A stretch of DNA of 64,000 nucleotides from Eledone cirrhosa (taxonomy: Eukaryota). This document shows positions 55,501 to 64,000 of this stretch, piece by piece. Position numbers and translations under genes: made by a program. Under the pieces are notes generated by a model, which made no database searches, was not told the origin of the DNA, and saw only the letters and a program-made list of their open reading frames with translations. Where the stretch lies: positions 13,888,001 to 13,952,000 of the forward strand of contig OZ024744.1 of NCBI GenBank assembly GCA_964016885.1. The letters run 5' to 3'. Position 1 is the stretch's first letter; each line of letters starts with the position of its first letter.

Positions 55501-58500
55501 CAGTAGATCAGAGAGTCATTCCAGTTAAAGCCACTCTCTTAATTGAGAGATCACAACTCCCATACTATGGACGTGTGGTTAGAATGTCTCAGTAGATCAG
55601 AGAGTCACTCCAGTTAAAGCCACTCTCTAAATTCAGAGATCACAACTCCCATACTCTGGACGTGTGGTTAGAATGTCTCAGTACATCAGAGAATCACTCC
55701 AGTTAAAACTACTCTCTAAATTGAGAGATCACAACTCCCATACTATGGACATGTGGTTAGAATGTCTCAGTAGATCAGAGAGTCACTCCAGTTAAAGCTA
55801 CTCTCTAAATTGAGAGATCACAACTCCCATACTATGGACATGTGGTTAGAATGTCTCAGTAGATCAGAGAGTCACTCCAGTTAAAGCTACTCTCTAAATT
55901 GAGAGATCACAACTCCTATACTATGGACATGGGGTTAGAATGTCTCAGTAGATCAGAGTGTCACTCCAGTTAAAGCCACTCTCTAAATTGAGAGATCACA
56001 ACTCTCATACTATGGACAGGTGGTTAGAATGTCTCAGTAGATCAGAGAGTCACTCCAGTTAAAGCTACTCTCTAAATTGAGAGATCACAACTCCAATACT
56101 ATGGACATGTGGTTAGAATGTCTCAGTAGATCAGAGAGTCATTCCAGTTAAAGCCACTCTCTAAATTGAGAGATCACAACTCCTGTACTATGGACGTGTG
56201 GTTAGAATGTCTCAGTAGATCAGAGAGTCACTCTTGTTAAAGCTACTCTCTAAATTGAGAGATCACAACTCCTATACTATGGACATGGGGTTAGAATGTC
56301 TCAGTAGATCAGAGTGTCACTCCAGTTAAAGCCACTCTCTAAATTGAGAGAGCACAACTCCCAAACTATGGACATGTCGTTAGAATGTCTCAGTAGATCA
56401 GAGAGTTACTCCAGTTAAAGCTACTCTCTAAATTGAGAGATCACAACTCCAATACTATGGACATGGGGTTTGAATGTCTCAGTAGATCAGAGAGTCGCTC
56501 AAGTTAAAGCCACTCTCTAAATTGAGAGATCACAACTCCAATACTATGGACATGTGGTTAGTATGTCTCAGTAGATCAGAGAGTCACTCCAGTTAAAGCC
56601 ACTCTGTAAATTGACAGATCACAACTTCCATGCTATGGACCTGTGGTTAGAATGTCTCAGTAGATCAGAGAGTTACTCCAGTTAAAGCTACTCTCTAAAT
56701 TGAGAGATCACAACTCCAATAATATGGACATGGGGTTTGATTGTCTCAGTAGATCAGAGTGTCACTCCAGTTAAAGCTACTCTCTAAATTGAGAGGTCAC
56801 AACTCCAATACTATGGACATGGGATATGAAAGTCTCAGTAGATCAGAGTGTCACCCCAGTTAAAGCTACTCTCTAAATTGAGAGATTACAACTCCAATAC
56901 TATGGACATGTGGTTAGAATGTCTCAGTAGATTAGAGAGTCACTCCAGTTAAAGCCACTCTCTAAATTGAGAGATCACAACTCCAATACTATGGACATGT
57001 GGTTAGAATGTCTCAGTAGATCAGAGTTTCACTCCAGTTAAAGCTACTCTCTAAATTGAGAGATCACAACTCCAATACTATGGACATGGTGTTTGAATGT
57101 CTCAGTAGATCAATGAGTCGCTCAAGTTAAAGCCACTCTCTAAATTGAGAGATCACAACTCCAATACTATGGACATGTGGTTAGAATGTCTCAGTAGATC
57201 AGAGTGTCACTCCAGTTAAAGCTACTCTCTATATTGAGAGATCACAACTCCCATACTATGGACATGTGGTTAGAATGTCTCAGTAGATTAGAGTGTCATT
57301 CCAGTTAAAGCTACTCTCTAAATTGAGAGATCACAACTCCCATACTATTGACATGTGGGTAGAATGTCTCAGTAGATCAGAGAGTCACTCCAGTTAAAGC
57401 CACTAATTCTCTAAATTGAGAGATCACAACTCCCATACTATGGACATATGGTTAGTATGTCTCAGTAGATCAGAGAGTCACTCCAGTTAAAGCCACTCTG
57501 TAAATTGACAGATCACAACTTCTATACTATGGACATGTGGTTAGAATGTCTCAGTAGATCAGAGAGTTACTCCAGTTAAAGCTACTCTCTAAATTGAGAG
57601 ATCACAACTCCAATACTATGGACATGGGGTTTGATTGTCTCAGTAGATCAGAGTGTCACTCCAGTTAAAGCTACTCTCTAAATTGAGAGGTCACAACTCC
57701 AATACTATGGACATGGGATTTGAAAGTCTCAGTAGATCAGAGTGTCACCCCAGTTAAAGCTACTCTCTAAATTGAGAGATTACAACTCCAATACTATGGA
57801 CATGTGGTTAGAATGTCTCAGTAGATCAGAGTTTCACTCCAGTTAAAGCTAATCTCTAAATTGAGAGATCACAACTCCAATACTATGGACATGGGGTTTG
57901 AATGTCTCAGTAGATCAGAGTGTCACTCCAGTTAAAGCTACTCTCTAAATTGAGAGATCACAACTCGAATACTATGGACATGGGGTTTGAATGTCTCAGT
58001 AGATCAGAGTGTCACTTCAGTTAAAGCTACTCTCTAAATTGAGAGATCACAACTCCAATACTACGGACATGGTGTTTGAAAGTCTCAGTAGATCAGAGTG
58101 TCACTCCAGTTAAAGCTACTCTCTAAATTGAGAGATTACAACTCCAATACTATGGACATGTGGTTAGAATGTCTCAGTAGATTAGAGAGTCACTCCAGTT
58201 AAAGCCACTCTCTAAATTGAGAGATCACAACTCCAATACTATGGACATGTGGTTAGAATGTCTCAGTAGATCAGAGTGTCACTCCAGTTAAAGCCACTCT
58301 CTAAATTGAGAGATCATAACTTCCATACTATGGACATGTGGTTAGAATGTCTCAGTAGATCAGAGAGTCACTCCAGTTAAAGCCACTCTCTAAATTGAGA
58401 GATCACAACTCCAATACTATGGACATGGGGTCTGAAAGTCTCAGTACATCAGAGTGTCACTCCAGTTAAAGTTACTCTCTAAATTGAGAGATCACAACTC

Positions 58501-60280
58501 CAATACTATGGACATGGGGTTTGAATGTCTCAGTAGATCAGAGAATCACTCCAGTTAAAGCTACTCTCTAAATTGAGAGATCACAACCCCAATACTATGG
58601 ACATGGGGTTTGAAAGTCTCAGTAGATCAGAGTGTCACTCCAGTTAAAGCTATTCTCTAAATTGAGAGATTACAACTCCAATACTATGGACATGGGGTTT
58701 GAATGTCTCAGTAGATCAGAGAGTCACTCCAGTTAAAGCTACTCTCTAAATTGAGAGATCACAACTCCAATACTATGGACATGGGGTTTGAAAGTCTCAG
58801 TAGATCAGAGTGTCACTCCAGTTAAAGCTACTCTCTAAATTGAGAGATTACAACTCCAATACTATGGACATGGGGTTTGAAAGTCTCAGTAGATCAGAGT
58901 GTCACTCCAGTTAAAGCTACTCTCTAAATTGAGAGATTACAACTCCAATACTATGGACATGTGGTTAGAATGTCTCAGTAGATTAGAGAGTCACTCCAGT
59001 TAAAGCCACTCTCTAAATTGAGAGATCACAACTCCAATACTATGGACATGTGATTAGAATGTCTCAGTAGATTATAGAGTCACTCCAGTTAAAGCCACTC
59101 TCTAAATTGAGAGATCACAACTCCAATACTATGGACATGTGGTTAGAAAGTCTCAGTAGATCAGAGTGTCACTCTAGTTAAAGCTAATCTCTAAATTGAG
59201 AGATCACAACTCCAATACTATGGACATGGGGTTTGAATGTCTCAGTAGATCAGAGTGTCACTCCAGTTAAAGCTACTCTCTAAATTGAGAGATCACAACT
59301 CCAATACTATGGACATGGGGTTTGAATGTCTCAGTAGATCAGAGAGTCACTTCAGTTAAAGCTACTCTCTAAATTGAGAGATCACAACTCCAATACTATG
59401 GACATGGGGTTTGAAAGTCTCAGTAGATCAGAGTGTCACTCCAGTTAAAGCTACTCTCTAAATTGAGAGATTACAACTCCAATACTATGGACATGTGGTT
59501 AGAATGTCTCAGTAGATTAGAGAGTCACTCCAGTTAAAGCCACTCTCTAAATTGAGAGATCACAACTCCAATACTATGGACATGTGGTTAGAATGTCTTA
59601 GTAGATCAGAGTGTCACTCCAGTTAAAGCCACTCTCTAAATTGAGAGATCATAACTTCCATACTATGGACATGTGGTTAGAATGTCTCAGTAGATCAGAG
59701 ATTCACTCCAGTTAAAGCCACTCTCTAAATTGAGAGCTCACAACTCCAATACTATGGTCATGTGGTTAGAATGTCTAAGTAGATCAGAGAGTCACTCCAG
59801 TTAAAGCTACTCTCTAAATTGAGAGATTACAACTCCAATTCTATGGACATGTGGTTAGAATGTCTCAGTAGATTAGAGAGTCACTCCAATTAAAGCCACT
59901 CTCTAAATTGAGAGATCACAACTCCAATACTATGGACATGTGGTTAGAATGTCTCAGTAGATCAGAGTTTCACTCCAGTTAAAGCTAATCTCTAAATTGA
60001 GAGATCACAACTCCAATACTATGGACATGTGGTTTGAATGTCTCAGTAGATCAGAGTGTCACTCCAGTTAAAGCTACTCTCTAAATTGAGAGATCACAAC
60101 TCGAATACTATGGACATGGGGTTTGAATGTCTCAGTAGATCAGAGTGTCACTTCAGTTAAAGCTACTCTCTAAATTGAGAGATCACAACTCCAATACTAT
60201 GGACATGGTGTTTGAAAGTCTCAATAGATCAGAGTGTCACTCCAGTTAAAGCTACTCTCTAAATTGAGAGATTACAACTC
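46560..60280. repeat. Long-range duplicated block (~46560-48960 vs ~57880-60280), 127 monomers (11321 bp) apart
   Basis: GGGGTCTGAAAG (C at 47111/58432) and GAGCTC (48413/59734) are 11321 bp apart (127x89+20-2). AACCCCAA, GCTATTCT, GATTATAG and CAATTCTATGG are shared in the same order. Confidence 0.88.
49850..57610. repeat. Near-identical 45-monomer (4012-bp) higher-order tandem duplication
   Basis: The +4 insertion at 50363/54375 and 53392/57404 and the -1 deletion at 51295/55307 are all 4012 bp apart (45x89+8-1). GTCGCAGT, CCTGTACT and GGATATGAAAG are also shared. Confidence 0.92.
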
Positions 60281-61099
60281 CAATACTATGGACATGGGGT
60301 TTGAATGTCTCAGTAGATCAGAGAGTCACTCCAGTTAAAGCTACTCTCTAAATTGAGAGATCACAACTCCAATACTATGGACATGGGGTTTGAAAGTCTC
60401 AGTAGATCAGAGTGTCACTCCAGTTAAAGCTACTCTCTAAATTGAGAGATTACAACTCCAATACTATGGACATGGGGTTTGAAAGTCTCAGTAGATCAGA
60501 GTGTCACTCCAGTTAAAGCTACTCTCTAAATTGAGAGATTACAACTCCAATACTATGGACATGTGGTTAGAATGTCTCAGTAGATTAGAGAGTCACTCCA
60601 GTTAAAGCCACTCTCTAAATTGAGAGATCACAACTCCAATACTATGGACATGTGATTAGAACGTCTCAGTAGATTATAGAGTCACTCCAGTTAAAGCCAC
60701 TCTCTAAATTGAGAGATCACAACTCCAATACTATGGACATGTGGTTAGAAAGTCTCAGTAGATCAGAGTGTCACTCCAGTTAAAGCTAATCTCTAAATTG
60801 AGAGATCACAACTCCAATACTATGGACATGGGGTTTGAATGTCTCAGTAGATCTGAGTGTCACTCCAGTTAAAGCTACTCTCTAAATTGAGAGATCACAA
60901 CTCCAATACTATGGACATGGGGTTTGAATGTCTCAGTAGATCAGAGAGTCACTTCAGTTAAAGCTACTCTCTAAATTGAGAGATCACAACTCCAATACTA
61001 TGGACATGGGGTTTGAAAGTCTCAGTAGATCAGAGTGTCACTCCAGTTAAAGCTACTCTCTAAATTGAGAGATCACAACTCCAATACTATGGACATGTG

Positions 61100-64000
61100 G
61101 TTAGAATGTCTTAGTAGATCAGAGTGTCACTCCAGTTAAAGCCACTCTCTAAATTGAGAGATCATAACTTCCATACTATGGACATGTGGTTAGAATGTCT
61201 CAGTAGATCAGAGATTCACTCCAGTTAAAGCCACTCTCTAAATTGAGAGCTCACAACTCCAATACTATGGTCATGTGGTTAGAATGTCTCAGTAGATCAG
61301 AGAGTCACTCCAGTTAAAGCCACTCTCTAAATTGAGAGATCACAACTCCAATACTATGGACATGGGGTTTGAATGTCTTAGTAGATCAGAGTGTCACTCC
61401 AGTTAAAGCCACTCTCTAAATTGAGAGATCATAACTTCCATACTATGGACATGTGGTTAGAATGTCTCAGTAGATCAGAGATTCACTCCAGTTAAAGCCA
61501 CTCTCTAAATTGAGAGCTCACAACTCCAATACTATGGTCATGTGGTTAGAATGTCTCAGTAGATCAGAGAGTCACTCCAGTTAAAGCCACTCTCTAAATT
61601 GAGAGATCACAACTCCAATACTATGGACATGGGGTTTGAATGTCTCAGTACATCAGAGTGTCACTCCAGTTAAAGCCACTCTCTAAATTGAGAGATCACA
61701 ACTCCAATACTATGGTCATGTGGTTAGAATGTCTCAGAAGATCAGAGAGTCACTCCAGTTAAAGCCACTCTCTAAATTGAGAGATCACAACTCCCATACT
61801 ATGGACATGTGGGTATAATGTCTCAGTAGATCAGAGAGTCACTCCAGTTAAAGCCACTAATTCTCTAAATTGAGAGATCACAACTCCCATACTATGGACA
61901 TGTGGTTAGAATGTCTCAGTAGATCAGAGACTCACTCCAGTTAAAGCCACTCTCTAAATTGAGAGATCACAACTCCAATACTATGGACATGGGGTTTGAA
62001 TGTCTCAGTAGATCAGAGTGTCACTCCAGTTAAACCCACTCTCTAAATTGAGAGATCACAACTCCCATACTATGGACATGTGGTTAGAATGTCTCTGTAG
62101 ATCAGAGAGTCACTCCAGTTAAAGCTACTCTCTAAATTGAGAGATAACAACTCCCATAGTATGGACATGTGGTTAGAATGTCTCAGTAGATCATAGAGTC
62201 ACTCCAGTTAAAGCCACTCTCTAAATTGAGAGATCACAACTCCTATACTATGGACATGGGGTTAGAATGTCTCAGTAGATCAGAGAGTCACTCCAGTTAA
62301 AGCTTCTCTATAAATTGAGAGATTACAACTCCAATACTATGGACATGTGGTTAGAATGTCTCAGTAGATTAGAGAGTCACTCCAGTTAAAGCCACTCTCT
62401 AAATTGAGAGATCACAACTCCAATACTATGGACATGTGGTTAGAATGTCTCAGTAGATCAGAGTGACACTCCAGTTAAAGCCACTCTCTAAATTGAGAGA
62501 TCATAACTTCCATACTATGGTCATGTGGTTAGAATGTCTCAGTAGATCAGAGTGTCACTCCAGTTAAAGCTAATCTCTAAATTGAGAGATCACAACTCCA
62601 ATACTATGGACATGGGGTTTGAATGTCTCAGTAGATCAGAGAGTCACTTCAGTTAAAGCTACTCTCTAAATTGAGAGATCACAACTCCAATACTATGGAC
62701 ATGGGGTTTGAAAGTCTCAGTAGATCAGAGTGTCACTCCAGTTAAAGCTACTCTCTAAATTGAGAGATTACAACTCCAATACTATGGACATGTGGTTAGA
62801 ATGTCTCAGTAGATTAGAGAGTCACTCCAGTTAAAGCCACTCTCTAAATTGAGAGATCACAACTCCAATACTATGGACATGTGGTTAGAATGTCTTAGTA
62901 GATCAGAGTGTCACTCCAGTTAAAGCCACTCTCTAAATTGAGAGATCATAACTTCCATACTATGGACATGTGGTTAGAATGTCTCAGTAGATCAGAGATT
63001 CACTCCAGTTAAAGCCACTCTCTAAATTGAGAGCTCACAACTCCAATACTATGGTCATGTGGTTAGAATGTCTCAGTAGATCAGAGAGTCACTCCAGTTA
63101 AAGCCACTCTCTAAATTGAGAGATCACAACTCCAATACTATGGACATGGGGTTTGAATGTCTCAGTACATCAGAGTGTCACTCCAGTTAAAGCCACTCTC
63201 TAAATTGAGAGATCACAACTCCAATACTATGGTCATGTGGTTAGAATGTCTCAGAAGATCAGAGAGTCACTCCAGTTAAAGCCACTCTCTAAATTGAGAG
63301 ATCACAACTCCCATACTATGGACATGTGGGTATAATGTCTCAGTAGATCAGAGAGTCACTCCAGTTAAAGCCACTAATTCTCTAAATTGAGAGATCACAA
63401 CTCCCATACTATGGACATGTGGTTAGAATGTCTCAGTAGATCAGGGACTCACTCCAGTTAAAGCCACTCTCTAAATTGAGAGATCACAACTCCAATACTA
63501 TGGACATGGGGTTTGAATGTCTCAGTAGATCAGATTGTCACTCCAGTTAAACCCACTCTCTAAATTGAGAGATCACAACTCCCATACTATGGAGATGTGG
63601 TTAGAATGTCTCTGTAGATCAGAGAGTCACTCCAATTAAAGCTACTCTCTAAATTGAGAGATAACAACTCCCATAGTATGGACATGTGGTTAGAATGTCT
63701 CAGTAGATCATAGAGTCACTCCAGTTAAAGCCACTCTCTAAATTGAGAGATCACAACTCCTATACTATGGACATGGGGTTAGAATGTCTCAGTAGATCAG
63801 AGAGTCACTCCAGTTAAAGCTTCTCTCTAAATTGAGAGATTACAACTCCAATACTATGGACATGTGGTTAGAATGTCTCAGTAGATTAGAGAGTCACTCC
63901 AGTTAAAGCCACTCTCTAAATTGAGAGATCACAACTCCAATACTATGGACATGTGGTTAGAATGTCTCAGTAGATCAGAGTGACACTCCAGTTAAAGCCA
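61100..64000. repeat. 17-monomer (1517-bp) higher-order repeat preceded by a 3-mer duplication
   Basis: The +4 insertion at 61858/63375, TAAACCCAC at 62031/63548 and GAGCTC at 61514/63031 are 1517 bp apart (17x89+4). GAGCTC at 61247/61514 is 267 bp apart (3x89). Confidence 0.9.

Larger units (their letters stand above)
1..64000. repeat. Satellite DNA array: 718 head-to-tail copies of an 89-bp monomer, extending beyond both window edges
   Basis: TAAAG recurs at 1, 90, 179 and onward to 63993. Every line matches the same consensus, with only a few substitutions per copy and all copies in the same orientation. 63992 bp minus the net +90 bp of visible indels equals 718 x 89. Confidence 0.99.

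Noticed and set aside
1-64000. CRISPR array or other repeat-spacer system
   Set aside because: There are no unique spacers. The entire 89-bp unit is conserved, with variation limited to a few biallelic sites, and there are no cas genes or leader.
1-64000. Long repetitive protein-coding gene on either strand
   Set aside because: On the plus strand no frame stays open much beyond one monomer (TAA/TGA/TAG in every copy, with the frame shifting each monomer). On the minus strand, CTA/TCA/TTA on the plus strand place stops in all three frames within one monomer.
1-64000. CENP-B box, or identity with primate alpha satellite or Arabidopsis CEN178
   Set aside because: The CENP-B box core needs TTCG and CGGG, which are absent from this CpG-free monomer. 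I see no sequence resemblance to those satellites, and no strict A/B alternation that would make a true 178-bp unit.
1-64000. Integron-like cassette array or plasmid/phage iteron region
   Set aside because: There are no intervening cassettes or ORFs, no integrase or rep gene, and the scale (718 copies) far exceeds such elements.

Overview
The whole 64-kb window is one uninterrupted, head-to-tail tandem array (satellite DNA) of an 89-bp monomer, consensus TAAAGCYACTCTCTAAATTGAGAGATYACAACTCCMATACTATGGACATGKGGTTWGAAWGTCTCAGTAGATYAGAGWGTCACTCCAGT (~39% GC, no CpG in the consensus). Counting from the TAAAG at 1 to the one at 63993 and subtracting the indels I could see (23 x +4, 2 x +1, 1 x +3, 5 x -1, 1 x -2; net +90) gives exactly 718 x 89 bp, so there are 718 full monomers plus 8 bp. 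I found no protein-coding gene, RNA gene, transposon, inversion or CRISPR array, and no encoded multi-gene system. I cannot name the satellite family or the organism; a eukaryotic heterochromatic or centromeric origin is an inference. The interesting content is structural. (i) The monomer is rich in short dyad symmetries and seems to derive from two diverged internal sub-repeats. (ii) Shared diagnostic variants define irregular, nested higher-order repeats, with offsets of 3, 10, 17, 25-26, 33, 42-45, 48, 67 and 127 monomers. (iii) One recurring monomer cassette gains mutations stepwise along the array, and the two window ends share variants missing from the middle. (iv) There are single-monomer gene-conversion or templated-insertion footprints and one complex T-rich scar. 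All variant tracking was done by eye and checked with offset arithmetic, not by alignment software.
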